A stretch of 64,000 bases of DNA from Alphaproteobacteria bacterium (GTDB lineage: Bacteria > Pseudomonadota > Alphaproteobacteria > Rickettsiales > UBA1997): the NCBI GenBank assembly GCA_014190355.1, contig BJGH01000001.1, positions 244,957 to 308,956 of the forward strand, given 5' to 3'. Shown in pieces: positions 1-10,581 of the stretch (within the stretch, counting starts at the first letter, position 1; each line of letters begins with the position of its first letter). The notes below the pieces were generated by a model. That model had not been told where the DNA came from. It was given only the letters and a program-made list of their open reading frames with translations, and searched no databases. The position numbers and the translations under genes were made by a program.

Positions 1-1736
1 TCATCACGAACATCCATAGCGCTTCGCCCTTTTCCACCTCTGCGTTGAGTTCGATATGCTGACAATGCAACTCGCTTAATATAACCATTCATAGTTGCAA
101 CTACCACCATCTCTTCTTTAGGAATTAGATCTTCAATATCAACTTCAAATTCTGAATCTTCAATTGTTGATTTTCTTGGAGTAGCAAATTCTTCTTTAAC
201 TTCAATTAGTTCTTTTTTAACTAAAGCTGTCATTTTTTTACGATCAGCAAGCAATTCAAGATAACCAGAAATTTCAATAGCTAGAGCTTTTAACTCATCG
301 GTAATTTTTTCCATTTCTAAACCAGTCAAGCGAGCTAATCTCATTTCTAAAATTGCCTTAGCTTGAGCTTCAGTGAAATAAAATTTTCCGTCTTTAACGA
401 TATTACCTTTATCTTGAACAAGCTTGATAATAGCTTCAACCAAACCAACTGGCCAAGGACGAGCTAATAGTTTTTCTTTAGCCTCTGCAACATCTTTTGA
501 CGATTTAATTAATTCAACAATTTCATCGATATTAGCAACTGCAACAGCCAAACCAATTAAAATATGAGTTTTATCACGAGCTTTGTTAAGCAAGAAATTA
601 GTTCTTCGGGTTGTAACATCATATCTAAAATCAACGAAAATTTTGATAACTTGCAATAAGTTTAACAATTGCGGTTGACCATGATTTAAAGCTAGCATGT
701 TAACACTAAAATTGCATTGCAATTCTGTGAAGCTGTATAGTTGATTGATAATCACTTCTTCCATAGCATCTTTACGAAGCTCAATAACAACGCGGATTCC
801 ATCACGGTCTGACTCGTCACGTAGATCAGTGATTCCTTCAATTTTTTTCTCTTTAACTAATTCAGCAATTTTTTCAACAAGCTTGGCTTTATTAACCTGA
901 TAGGGAACTTCGGTAATAACAATTGCATTTTTGTTACCAGATCTTTTTTCAATTTTATGTCGACCACGCATCACAATTGAACCTCTTCCAGTTCTGCTAG
1001 CTGATTCATGCCCTGCTCGACCTAAAATAATTCCACCCGTTGGGAAGTCTGGACCTGGAACAATTTTAATAATATCCTCAATACTAATTTCTGAATTGTC
1101 GATATATGCTAAACAGGCATCAATAACTTCGCCAAGATTGTGCGGAGGGATGTTGGTAGCCATACCAACTGCAATCCCACCTGAACCATTGGTTAGAAGA
1201 TTTGGAAAACGAGCTGGTAAAACCCTTGGTTCTTTTTCATTGCCATCATAATTAGGCATAAAATCAACAGTATCTTTATCAAGCTCGTCAAGCATGGTAT
1301 GTGATATTTTTTCAAGACGAGATTCAGTATAACGCATTGCAGCCGCAGGATCATCATCAATTGAACCAAAATTTCCTTGACCATCAATTAACGGAACTCT
1401 CATCGAAAAATCCTGAGCCATTCTCACTAAGGACTCATAAATCGCAGCATCACCGTGAGGGTGATATTTACCCATTACTTCACCAACAATTCTTGCCGAT
1501 TTTTTAAATGGCTTATTGTAATCATAATTTCCTTCATACATAGCATAAAGTATTCTTCGATGCACTGGTTTCAAACCATCGCAAGCATCAGGAATTGCTC
1601 GAGCAACAATAACACTCATCGCGTAATCTAAATATGATTTACGCATTTCACCAACGAGTGATACCGCTTGAATGTCCTTGCCAGTGGCAGGTATTATCGA
1701 ATTACTTACTAAATTATTGTTACTATTTTCAGTCAT
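1..1736 (-). CDS. gyrA: DNA gyrase subunit A (3' end runs off the window)
   Basis: Manual minus-strand translation from ATG 1736 gives [27 protein letters not shown] and AAMRYTE. The GyrA-box QRRGGKG near positions 27-47 distinguishes it from ParC. Confidence 0.97.
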   Translation of the reverse strand, partial: MTENSNNNLVSNSIIPATGKDIQAVSLVGEMRKSYLDYAMSVIVARAIPDACDGLKPVHRRILYAMYEGNYDYNKPFKKSARIVGEVMGKYHPHGDAAIYESLVRMAQDFSMRVPLIDGQGNFGSIDDDPAAAMRYTESRLEKISHTMLDELDKDTVDFMPNYDGNEKEPRVLPARFPNLLTNGSGGIAVGMATNIPPHNLGEVIDACLAYIDNSEISIEDIIKIVPGPDFPTGGIILGRAGHESASRTGRGSIVMRGRHKIEKRSGNKNAIVITEVPYQVNKAKLVEKIAELVKEKKIEGITDLRDESDRDGIRVVIELRKDAMEEVIINQLYSFTELQCNFSVNMLALNHGQPQLLNLLQVIKIFVDFRYDVTTRRTNFLLNKARDKTHILIGLAVAVANIDEIVELIKSSKDVAEAKEKLLARPWPVGLVEAIIKLVQDKGNIVKDGKFYFTEAQAKAILEMRLARLTGLEMEKITDELKALAIEISGYLELLADRKKMTALVKKELIEVKEEFATPRKSTIEDSEFEVDIEDLIPKEEMVVVATMNGYIKRVALSAYRTQRRGGKGRSAMDVRD

Positions 1737-1947
1737 TTTGAATTAGAAATTATTTTGAAATTTACTTAATAATTTTCTTAAGAAATCTGCTAAGAAAATA
1801 TTTTAAAATTTAATTAAAATTTTTTTAAAAACTAGACTTACAAAGATACAGACCTTGTTTAATGTTGCAAGAGCTTTTTTTGTTAAAAAAACAAGTTTTT
1901 TAGGAAAAAAATACTAACAATAAAATCTATTTGAACTTAAGGATTAA

Positions 1948-2796
1948 TCAAAATTTTTCAAAATTGAACTTTTGAACTTCACGGGCATTGCTTTTACTAA
2001 AAATTGTTTTTTTTATGAGAATATTCATTTGCTCCTTAGAAATTTCGATTGGTGTTTTGAAGACATACCATTTTACCCCTTCCGTACATGGAGGAGTAGT
2101 TAAAGATCCATCGTAAAAAAACACCTGATCGTTTTTATTAATAATTTTGTTAAGATTAATTTTTGTTTCTAAGTTTTTTTTGTTGCTAACGAAATCAATA
2201 ATTTCGTTAAAATTTTTATTTTCTTTTCCAACTTCTAAAAATACCGATAACATTAACCATTGTTCATCATCACTTTTATGGGCAATTTGCATCTCTAATG
2301 AATGAGTTTGACCTTCAACAATATGTTCGCTGGGATGATGAAATTCAAAATATCGTAAAAAATATTTTTTCTTAACGCGAAGTAAATAACTTCGATCAAA
2401 AAAAACTGTTTTTAAAACATAATGATCGCGAATTTTTTCAGCATTATTTTGTTTAGGTAATTGGTAATTGAAAATTAATTCATTATCAGAAAATTCATTA
2501 ACAATATCAATTGGTGATTGGTTTGAGCCAATTTTACAAAATTTATTTTTTTCAGAAATTTTTGCCCAATCTAAACTTGAATTTTCGCTATATCGCCATT
2601 TTGCTGAACAACTTGCTGTTAAAAGAAACAAAGACAAATAAGTGATAATAAATTTAAGCTTGTTCTTAGAAATGCTAAGATGCAATAATTTATAGTTACT
2701 AAAAAAGGTTTTAAAAATTAATTTTTTATTTTTTTTTAAAAATGTTAATAACAAAAGATTTTTAACTAGTTTCATTACTTTATAATATTTTTTCAT
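1948..2796 (-). CDS. Alpha-class carbonic anhydrase-like exported protein with degenerate zinc ligands; true start may be TTG 2685
   Basis: W...W...C..G.NQSPIDI, PSEH and GSLTTPPCTEGVKW motifs; hydrophobic leader ending LTASC. Confidence 0.85.
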   Translation of the reverse strand: MKKYYKVMKLVKNLLLLTFLKKNKKLIFKTFFSNYKLLHLSISKNKLKFIITYLSLFLLTASCSAKWRYSENSSLDWAKISEKNKFCKIGSNQSPIDIVNEFSDNELIFNYQLPKQNNAEKIRDHYVLKTVFFDRSYLLRVKKKYFLRYFEFHHPSEHIVEGQTHSLEMQIAHKSDDEQWLMLSVFLEVGKENKNFNEIIDFVSNKKNLETKINLNKIINKNDQVFFYDGSLTTPPCTEGVKWYVFKTPIEISKEQMNILIKKTIFSKSNAREVQKFNFEKF

Positions 2797-2806
2797 AATA
2801 TTTATT

Positions 2807-4219
2807 TTAATTTAGTAATTTTGTTAAATTATTTTGCCAATCATCTATTGCCTCTAAAGCCCTAGTTTTATATAACTCTTTGCGTTGATCTTTTTTAACA
2901 TTTTCAGGCAATGAAGCAAGCAATCCAAAATTAACATTCATTGGTTGTAATGCAATTGTTGGATTAGCCTTGTGGTTATTTTGATTAATTTGCGGATCTG
3001 AGGTAATATATGCCAATAAACTGCCAATTGCCGTAGTCAATGGAGGAAGAATTTGCTTGGATAATTTATTATTTTTCAAAATTTCCTCAGCGCAAAAAAT
3101 TCCAGCCAATAGTCCACAACTTGCTGACTCAACATATCCTTCAACACCAGTTATTTGCCCTGCAAAAAATAAATTTGGGAATTTTTTAAAACGCAAAAAA
3201 TTATCAAGTAATTCCCGAGAATTAATGAAAGTGTTGCGATGAATTCCTCCAAATCTGGCAAATTCAGCATTTTCAAGACCAGGAATTTTACGAAAAACTT
3301 TTTGCTGTTCGCCATATTTCATTTTCGTTTGAAAACCAACTATGTTATACAAGCTTCCCGATTTATTATCTTGACGAAGTTGAACAATAGCGTAAGGTTT
3401 TTCTAAACGTTGTTTCAAGGGAGTTCCAACAGCAGATTTTGGATAATGCGGATTTGTTAAACCTACTGGTTTCAATGGTCCAAATCGTAAAACTTCCAGA
3501 CCTCTTTTGGCCATTTCTTCGATTGGTAAACAACCATCAAAATACGGAGTGTTTTTTTCCCATTCTTTAAACTCAGTTTTTTCACTGTTAATTAAATCAT
3601 TTACAAATTCAAAATATTGCTCTTGATTTAACGGGCAATTAATATAGTCATCACCATTACCCTTATCATAACGTGATTGTTTCCAAGCGATATCAAAATT
3701 TATTGAATCTTTAAAGACTATTGGTGCAATAGCATCAAAAAAAGCTAAATGTTGTTGATTGGTATGTTTTAAGATATCTTGACTTAAATTTTGCGAAGTT
3801 AATGGACCTGTAGCAATTATCCATTTTTCTTGGGAATTTGTGGGAAGCGAAGTGATTTCTTGACGAGATATTTTAACCTTGTTAGTTGCTAATAGTTTTT
3901 GCTCAATATATTTAGAAAAACCCTCGCGATCAACAGCTAAAGCACTACCAGCTGGAACTTTGTTTTCCAGAGCGCTAGCAATAATGAGTGAATTTAGTTT
4001 TTGCATTTCATGATGCAATAACCCTATTGCCGTTGATGGATCATGTGATCTTAGAGAATTGGAACAAACTAACTCAGCAAAATCTTTGGTACGATGAGCA
4101 AAAGTTTTTTGATTATCATCACGCAACTCAAAAATTTCAACTTCAATTCCTCGATTTGCCAATTGCCATGCACATTCACTACCTGCAAGACCTGCACCAA
4201 TAATATTTACTTTGGTCAT
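2807..4219 (-). CDS. trmFO: Folate/FAD-dependent tRNA (uracil-54)-methyltransferase TrmFO (Gid)
   Basis: [37 protein letters not shown] and [14 protein letters not shown] motifs. Confidence 0.96.
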   Translation of the reverse strand: MTKVNIIGAGLAGSECAWQLANRGIEVEIFELRDDNQKTFAHRTKDFAELVCSNSLRSHDPSTAIGLLHHEMQKLNSLIIASALENKVPAGSALAVDREGFSKYIEQKLLATNKVKISRQEITSLPTNSQEKWIIATGPLTSQNLSQDILKHTNQQHLAFFDAIAPIVFKDSINFDIAWKQSRYDKGNGDDYINCPLNQEQYFEFVNDLINSEKTEFKEWEKNTPYFDGCLPIEEMAKRGLEVLRFGPLKPVGLTNPHYPKSAVGTPLKQRLEKPYAIVQLRQDNKSGSLYNIVGFQTKMKYGEQQKVFRKIPGLENAEFARFGGIHRNTFINSRELLDNFLRFKKFPNLFFAGQITGVEGYVESASCGLLAGIFCAEEILKNNKLSKQILPPLTTAIGSLLAYITSDPQINQNNHKANPTIALQPMNVNFGLLASLPENVKKDQRKELYKTRALEAIDDWQNNLTKLLN

Positions 4220-4326
4220 TTAGATTTTTTTATAAAAAAAAGGAATAAAAAACAGACACCCAATTAGCCAAGACTAATTAGTGTTTGAACAACAATTAAA
4301 TTTATTGTTAATTTAATTTTTAGGCT

Positions 4327-4623
4327 TTAGTTTCCTCTAACCACTACGCAACGATGAGCATAGAATGGATAAACATAACTTAACTCAGATTCAACGCTAA
4401 TAATTTCCTTGATATCACCATTTTCTCTAGCTTTTTCTGCGGTTAAATCGTTATTAGAAAGAAAAAATGAAAATGGGTAAATATAGTGAGCGCAAGTTTC
4501 ACCTTTTTTGGTAGGATTTTTATTTACAACAATTGGTAAATTATACTGGCCTATTGTTGACTTTAGGTTATGACAAGATGATAGAATGAATAATGATAAA
4601 GTAGTTAAAATAATTTTTTTCAT
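4327..4623 (-). CDS. Small lipoprotein, TRL-like family
   Basis: Lipobox LSSC; KGETC...A...G.I.EI.SVE...CVVVRG pattern. Confidence 0.7.
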   Translation of the reverse strand: MKKIILTTLSLFILSSCHNLKSTIGQYNLPIVVNKNPTKKGETCAHYIYPFSFFLSNNDLTAEKARENGDIKEIISVESELSYVYPFYAHRCVVVRGN

Positions 4624-4703
4624 ACAATTTTGAATAAATTAATTAAAGGTGAAAAGGTGAGAAACTATTAAATATTTTTAGGTAATTAAAATCAATAAGC
4701 AAG

Positions 4704-4895
4704 TTATTTTTTAATATTTTTTCTTCTAACCAGATTCTGCCTTAGCGCTTGCGATAATTTTTTTTGACGATTATTTTTTTCTGATTTTTCAGATTTTTTG
4801 GTCAATAATTTATCTTCTTTATCATATTCAAACTCTTGAAATTGTTGATTATTAACGGAATTGCTAACAGCTGGTTTTTTTAAATTATCATTCAT
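4704..4895 (-). CDS. Small basic hypothetical protein
   Basis: 63-aa ORF filling the gap; its tail KLSQALRQNLVRRK resembles a small alphaproteobacterial family as I recall it. Confidence 0.6.
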   Translation of the reverse strand: MNDNLKKPAVSNSVNNQQFQEFEYDKEDKLLTKKSEKSEKNNRQKKLSQALRQNLVRRKNIKK

Positions 4896-4948
4896 ATTTA
4901 AAAATAATTAAATTTTTAATTTATTTATATTTTTTTTAATCAAATTTA

Positions 4949-6706
4949 TCAATCTTGAGTGATTTCAAATTGTTTTAAATAAAGATTAGCATACATACCG
5001 TTTTTATCAATAAGCTCTTGATGAGTTCCTTCCTCAACAACTTGTCCATGACTAATTACAATAATTTTATCACAGTGAATAACTGTTGATAAGCGATGGG
5101 CAATAACCAATGATGTTCGATTCTTCATTAATTTTGCCAAAGCATCTTTAATTAATTTTTCTGAAATTGGATCAAGTGCAGAAGTAGCTTCATCGAGCAA
5201 TAAAATTGGTGCATCATAAAGAATAGCTCGAGCAATGGCGATTCTTTGCCTTTGACCTCCAGAAAGTCTGATACCATTTTGCCCTACTTTGCTGTGATAT
5301 TTTTCAGGAAGTTCTTGAATAAATTCATCAGCTTCAGCTAATTTAGCAGCTTGAATTATCTGCTCTTCTGTAGCATCAACTTTACCATAACGGATATTTT
5401 CCAAAACCGTATCATCAAATAACATGACCTCTTGATTAACAACAGACATTGAACTGCGTAATGATTTAATTGATAAATCTTTGATGTCATAACCATCTAG
5501 TTTAATAACACCACTACTAGGATCATAAAACCGTAAAATCATATTCATAATCGTTGACTTTCCTCCTCCTGAATGGCCAACCAATGCCACAGTTTTTCCA
5601 GCTGGTATTTTAAAATTTACCTCGTTCAAAGCTTGTTTACCTTCAATATAGCTAAAACATACTTGTGAAAATTCAATATCACCTTTGACATTTGGTAAAT
5701 CAATTGCATTTGATTTATCAACAATTTCAGGTTTTTCATCAAGCAATTTATAAAGCCTAGTAGTTGCAGCCAAGCCCATCTGCACTCCAGAGTTCATATT
5801 AGAAACAGATTTTAATGGTTTGTAAGCCATCATCATTGCTGCAAAAAATGAGAAGAACGCCCCTGGAGTAGTTTGTCCGGTAATAACTTGATGTCCACCA
5901 TACCAAATTACCGCAGCAACACCAATCCCTGCCAAACTCTCAACAAATGGTGAAGAAATCAAAGAAATTCTTGAAATTTTTTTTGCCATTTTAAATGCAC
6001 TATCAACTATTAAGCCCATTCTTTTTACTTCAAAATCTTCGCAATGATAGGCTTTTACTAATTTTGAATATTGCAAAGTATCACTCATTTGCGAATTAAA
6101 TTTAGAAGCAATTTCTTGATTCTTATAAGATAAATTTCTTAACCTTTTACCGATTCGATAGATCGGATAAGCAGCCAAAGGAAAGCCAATAAATGCTACT
6201 AAAGAAAGTTCAACACTTTGATTAAACATCACTAAAATCAATGCTCCAAGAGTAAAGAATTGTTTAACAAAACCATTCATAGCCGTGGTAATTAAACCTA
6301 CAACCGAGGTAATTTCATTAATAATGCTAGCAATCATATCACCTGATGATTTGCTGTGCAACTTAGCAATATCTGAGCGAATAAAATGCTCATACAATCT
6401 TAACCTCATGTCCGAAGTAATTCGCATCGTAAGCAAATTCATAGTTAGCAATTGGTAATAAGTAGCAAAACCTTTAACAACCGTAACAAGCAAAACAACA
6501 ATTGGAATAAAAACTAATGCCGTGGTATTTTTTTCAACAAAAACCGAATCTAAAGCAGGTTTAATTAGCCAGGCATGAAATGAAGTAGTTCCTGCAATTA
6601 CCAACATCAAAGCAATTGATATAGCAAAAGTTCGCCAATGAATTATGATATATTCTTTGGTTAATCTTTTGACGAGGTAATAGGTACTGTTATAATTAAT
6701 ACTCAT
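4949..6706 (-). CDS. msbA: Lipid A exporter MsbA-type ABC transporter (TMD+NBD)
   Basis: N-terminal TM domain; Walker A GHSGGGKS; LSGGQRQR; LLLDEATSALD; IAHRLST. Confidence 0.88.
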   Translation of the reverse strand: MSINYNSTYYLVKRLTKEYIIIHWRTFAISIALMLVIAGTTSFHAWLIKPALDSVFVEKNTTALVFIPIVVLLVTVVKGFATYYQLLTMNLLTMRITSDMRLRLYEHFIRSDIAKLHSKSSGDMIASIINEITSVVGLITTAMNGFVKQFFTLGALILVMFNQSVELSLVAFIGFPLAAYPIYRIGKRLRNLSYKNQEIASKFNSQMSDTLQYSKLVKAYHCEDFEVKRMGLIVDSAFKMAKKISRISLISSPFVESLAGIGVAAVIWYGGHQVITGQTTPGAFFSFFAAMMMAYKPLKSVSNMNSGVQMGLAATTRLYKLLDEKPEIVDKSNAIDLPNVKGDIEFSQVCFSYIEGKQALNEVNFKIPAGKTVALVGHSGGGKSTIMNMILRFYDPSSGVIKLDGYDIKDLSIKSLRSSMSVVNQEVMLFDDTVLENIRYGKVDATEEQIIQAAKLAEADEFIQELPEKYHSKVGQNGIRLSGGQRQRIAIARAILYDAPILLLDEATSALDPISEKLIKDALAKLMKNRTSLVIAHRLSTVIHCDKIIVISHGQVVEEGTHQELIDKNGMYANLYLKQFEITQD

Positions 6707-6855
6707 TATTTAAAAATATGTTAAATTAATTGTTGTAAGTCAAAATTATTCTTGGTAAATTAATGCTATGTTTTTCTATAATAAACTTCAAATAGTTTAA
6801 TTTTACAATTCAGATAATTTGCCAATATTTATAATAATTCGCAAGAACAAAAATT

Positions 6856-8700
6856 ATGCTCAATATTTTCAACACCTTAAACTTTGAATTTATTAGCGTT
6901 ACTAAACAAATAGCTTATGATTGTCAAATAAATTTTGATGATGATTCATTAAAAAATTTCAGTGTTGAACCAATCAAAGATAAAAAATTTGGTGATATAG
7001 CTTGCAATATTGCTATGGTTTTAAGCAAAAAATTCACCGATTCTAAATTTAATAATGTTAACCTTCTAGCCAATGAAATAGCTCGTAGAATTCAAGAAAA
7101 AGATTTACAACAAAATCTTCTAGCAAGCAATTCTATAAATTTAAAAATTATCAAAAAAATTGAGATTGCCAAAGCTGGTTTTATTAACATTTTTTTTGAA
7201 GATAAAATTTGGCATTTAATTTTATCGCAAGTTGTTAATTGTGATAAAATTGAGTTACCAAATCTGGGTAATTCTCAAAAAGTAAATCTTGAATATGCTT
7301 CCCCCAACCCTACAGGACCAATTCATGTAGGCCATACTCGTGGATCAATTTATGGTGATGTTCTAGCCAATCTTTTAAAGAAAGTAGGTTATGATGTTGT
7401 TAAAGAATATTATATCAATGATGCAGGAGCGCAAATTAACACTTTGCTTCGCTCAGTTTTTTTACGCTATCAGCAAGCTTGTGGTAAAGAAATAACCATA
7501 GGTGAAGGGCTTTACCCTGGAGAATATTTAATTGCTCTTGGACAAATAATTCACAATAATTTTCAAGATAAATTATTAGATCTCAATGAAGAACAATATT
7601 TTCCATTAATTCGTGATATGGTTGTTGATTATATGGTCAATTTAATCAAGCAAGATCTTTTAGCCCTAGGAATTCATCATGATAACTATTTTTCAGAAAA
7701 AAAACAATTACATGATAGTAATAAAATTCCTTACGCTATAGATCTTCTTAAGCGCAAAAATTTAATTTATATTGGAAAATTAGAAATTCCCAAAACTGCT
7801 AAAGGAGTTGGTCAAATTGATGATGAATATGAAAATAATGAACAAACTCTCTTTCGTTCAACCTTATTTGGCGATGATCAAGATCGTGTAGTAATTAAAG
7901 CAGATGGATCATACACCTACCTCGCCGCAGACATAGCTTATGCCTTGAGTAAATTTGAAAGAGGTGCAAAAATTATTATCATGCCACTCGGTTATGATCA
8001 TGCTGGATACATTAAAAGACTTGATGCAGTTGTTAAATCAGTTACCAATGAACAAGCTCACCTTAAAGTTATTCTTTGCCAAATGGTTAAATTCGTCAAA
8101 GATGGTCAACCATTAAAAATGTCAAAAAGAGCTGGAAATTTTATTACTGCAAATCAAGTTATCGAAGAAGTTGGAGCAGATGTTTTAAGATTTTTAATGT
8201 TATGTCGAAAAAACGATACTCCTTTTGATTTTGATTTATCAAAAGTGGTTGAACAATCCAAAGATAATCCAGTTTTTTATGTACAATATGCTCATGCAAG
8301 ATGTTGTTCAATCTTAAAAAATGCTCAAGAAATTTTTAATAAAAATTTTGACGATCAACAAATTTTTAAAGATCAATGTCAAAAAAATATTGCTTTTTTA
8401 GAAATTTTAAATGATCAAGGAGAGGTTGAGATTTTAAAAAAAATTGCTAGTTTTTTAAGAATCATTGAGATGTCTGCTCAGCATTTTGAACCTCATCGCT
8501 TAGCTTTTTATCTTCAAGAACTAGCAAGTGATTTTCATACTCAATGGCATAGAGGTTCTGAAAATGAACAACTTAAATTTATTAATAAAGACAACTATCA
8601 ATTAACCTTAGCTAGGTTATTCATGGTTAGCGCAGTTAAAAAAATAATTGCAACAACTTTAGAAATTTTTAACATATTAGCTTGCAATGAAATGAAATAA
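6856..8700 (+). CDS. argS: Arginine--tRNA ligase
   Basis: EYASPNPTGPIHVGH, EYYINDAG, KMSKRAG and NPVFYVQYAHAR motifs. Confidence 0.97.
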   Translation: MLNIFNTLNFEFISVTKQIAYDCQINFDDDSLKNFSVEPIKDKKFGDIACNIAMVLSKKFTDSKFNNVNLLANEIARRIQEKDLQQNLLASNSINLKIIKKIEIAKAGFINIFFEDKIWHLILSQVVNCDKIELPNLGNSQKVNLEYASPNPTGPIHVGHTRGSIYGDVLANLLKKVGYDVVKEYYINDAGAQINTLLRSVFLRYQQACGKEITIGEGLYPGEYLIALGQIIHNNFQDKLLDLNEEQYFPLIRDMVVDYMVNLIKQDLLALGIHHDNYFSEKKQLHDSNKIPYAIDLLKRKNLIYIGKLEIPKTAKGVGQIDDEYENNEQTLFRSTLFGDDQDRVVIKADGSYTYLAADIAYALSKFERGAKIIIMPLGYDHAGYIKRLDAVVKSVTNEQAHLKVILCQMVKFVKDGQPLKMSKRAGNFITANQVIEEVGADVLRFLMLCRKNDTPFDFDLSKVVEQSKDNPVFYVQYAHARCCSILKNAQEIFNKNFDDQQIFKDQCQKNIAFLEILNDQGEVEILKKIASFLRIIEMSAQHFEPHRLAFYLQELASDFHTQWHRGSENEQLKFINKDNYQLTLARLFMVSAVKKIIATTLEIFNILACNEMK

Positions 8701-8753
8701 AATTCATTTTATTTAAAATAAAAACAATATAAATTCTGGATAAATTAAAAAAT

Positions 8754-9656
8754 ATGGAAGATTTTGGCTATCAAAAAGACAATGACGAAAAACAAAACTC
8801 TAATATTAATCGCCAGATTTTTTTAGCAGTTGCAACGATTATTTCACTATCTCTTTTTGTTTACATTACAATCACTGCTTATCACTTCGTTTATCAAAAT
8901 GATGATAATGTTGAATTAATCAAAGCCCCGCAAACTCCAATCAGAATTTTTAACGAAGAAAGTGAAGAAAATAAAAATGTTCCTCAAGTTAAAATTGATC
9001 GCAACATTTACGAAGATATTTTTGGCAACAAAAAAGAAGCTGGAAAAATTGACAATACCAAAGTCATCAATACTCCTGAGACTGCTCTTCCTCCAAAAAA
9101 GGAGCTTGAAAAAATTCCAGAACCTAAAAATGCCAACCTCAATTTCAACCCTGCAAATAATAACTATACAAACAACAATGGGACAATTACCAACAACAAC
9201 TTAACTAATGACAACTCAATTGCTAAAGTTAAGCAACCATTCGTAATTGGCTCTATTTCTTCTTCACAAAATACTCCAAATAATAAAAATCTCGAATATA
9301 ATGAGATAAATTCTGATACGAATTCTAACAATAAATTAACTACTGAAATTGAGAATGATTCTAAACAACAGAATCCAGAAGAAAATAAGCAACGCAAAAA
9401 ATATGTTCGCGTTCAAATCGCAGCAATGTCATCTAAAGAACTTGCTGAAGATCAATGGAAAAGGCTTCTAAGAACCCACCCTAACCTTTTTGTGAATTTA
9501 CGCTCAGCAATCCAAAAAGTTGATCTTGGCAAAAGAGGAATTTTTTATCGTTTACAAATTGGGGAATTTTTTAATCAAATTGAAGCTGAAAGTTTTTGTC
9601 AAAAATATATAGCCCAAGTTCAAAAAACCAGAGCTGACTGCATTGTAGTTGAATAA
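8754..9656 (+). CDS. SPOR-domain membrane-anchored cell division protein (FtsN-like)
   Basis: Single N-terminal TM, N-rich linker, C-terminal VQIAA...FYRLQIG.F...AESFC...C; follows argS as is usual in alphaproteobacteria. Confidence 0.85.
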   Translation: MEDFGYQKDNDEKQNSNINRQIFLAVATIISLSLFVYITITAYHFVYQNDDNVELIKAPQTPIRIFNEESEENKNVPQVKIDRNIYEDIFGNKKEAGKIDNTKVINTPETALPPKKELEKIPEPKNANLNFNPANNNYTNNNGTITNNNLTNDNSIAKVKQPFVIGSISSSQNTPNNKNLEYNEINSDTNSNNKLTTEIENDSKQQNPEENKQRKKYVRVQIAAMSSKELAEDQWKRLLRTHPNLFVNLRSAIQKVDLGKRGIFYRLQIGEFFNQIEAESFCQKYIAQVQKTRADCIVVE

Positions 9657-9714
9657 AAGAATTGATTAGAAATACAAATTTAATATTTATTATTTTTTAT
9701 CAAATTAATACTTC

Positions 9715-9972
9715 TCATCTATTAATATCATGAAAATTTCTGATTGCTAAAATAATTTTTTGATATTTCTTAGGAAAGTCATCTTTAGTAACTATCCAAT
9801 CATAAATCATCATATCATCTTCATTTAGAAAATCTTCGCATAACTCAAGATCATATTGCTCTAAATCTTGAGCATGATTTGTAAAAAAATTACCAAGTAA
9901 AAAATCGGTTTCTTTACATCCCCGATATTTCGAGCGATAAAGAATTTTTTTTAACAATAACTGATTATCCAT
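9715..9972 (-). CDS. sdhE: Succinate dehydrogenase flavinylation factor SdhE/SDHAF2
   Basis: YRSKYRGCKETD (RGxxE motif) and D..IYDW. Confidence 0.88.
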   Translation of the reverse strand: MDNQLLLKKILYRSKYRGCKETDFLLGNFFTNHAQDLEQYDLELCEDFLNEDDMMIYDWIVTKDDFPKKYQKIILAIRNFHDINR

Positions 9973-10429
9973 TACTTTTAATTTTATTTTTGATAAATTC
10001 TTTGAAATCGCTAATAATTTTATTAGCTATATTTGCTTGATATGGTTTAGCAGTTGAATTACCCCAAACCGGCTTAGGAAAAGTTAAATCAGTAGTTGAT
10101 CGTGCAATAACATGGACATGCAACTGTTTAACAACATTACCCAAACTTGCAATATTTAGCTTATCAACCTGAAAATTTTCTTTTAAAAATTCTCCACATA
10201 AATTTATTTCTTCTAAAAGAACTCTTTGCTTGATATAATCCAAATCAGTTAAATCATATGCTTGCCCAAATCTTGGAACAAGTATTAACCATGGATAATT
10301 ACAATCATTCATTAAAAGCACTACCGATAATTCAAGTTCAGCAACATAGAAACAATCATTGATTAGCTTTGGGTCAATAAAATCTATATTGTTGTTACTC
10401 AAAGATTGATTTAAGGTTATTTTTGTCAT
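9965..10429 (-). CDS. HIT-family hydrolase
   Basis: YPWLILVPR, KLNIASLGNVVKQLHVHVIAR, PKPVWG. Confidence 0.9.
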   Translation of the reverse strand: MTKITLNQSLSNNNIDFIDPKLINDCFYVAELELSVVLLMNDCNYPWLILVPRFGQAYDLTDLDYIKQRVLLEEINLCGEFLKENFQVDKLNIASLGNVVKQLHVHVIARSTTDLTFPKPVWGNSTAKPYQANIANKIISDFKEFIKNKIKSNG

Positions 10430-10581
10430 AATATTGCATCATAAAATTAATCATTTAAATTAGCAAAATATTTTGTTTTTACTAATTTTGCTTTTACTAA
10501 ATTTTGCTAAAAAATTTTTAAATAAAACTATCAGCAATAACTTAAAAAAATTAAATTAATAATTCTCTACTTGCAAGACAT

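Noticed and set aside
931-1507. Short ORFs overlapping gyrA, and similar shadow ORFs throughout (e.g. 11673-12029, 40410-40728, 63024-63263)
   Set aside because: They are antisense or off-frame to confidently identified genes and carry no motifs of their own.
1-1736. Inteins or introns in gyrA (and dnaE)
   Set aside because: The visible portions read continuously through the conserved motifs (e.g. [10 protein letters not shown]) with normal spacing.
8701-8753. CtrA-like TTAA-N7-TTAA boxes and weak AT hairpins in this and other intergenic gaps
   Set aside because: Not distinguishable from background at this AT content.
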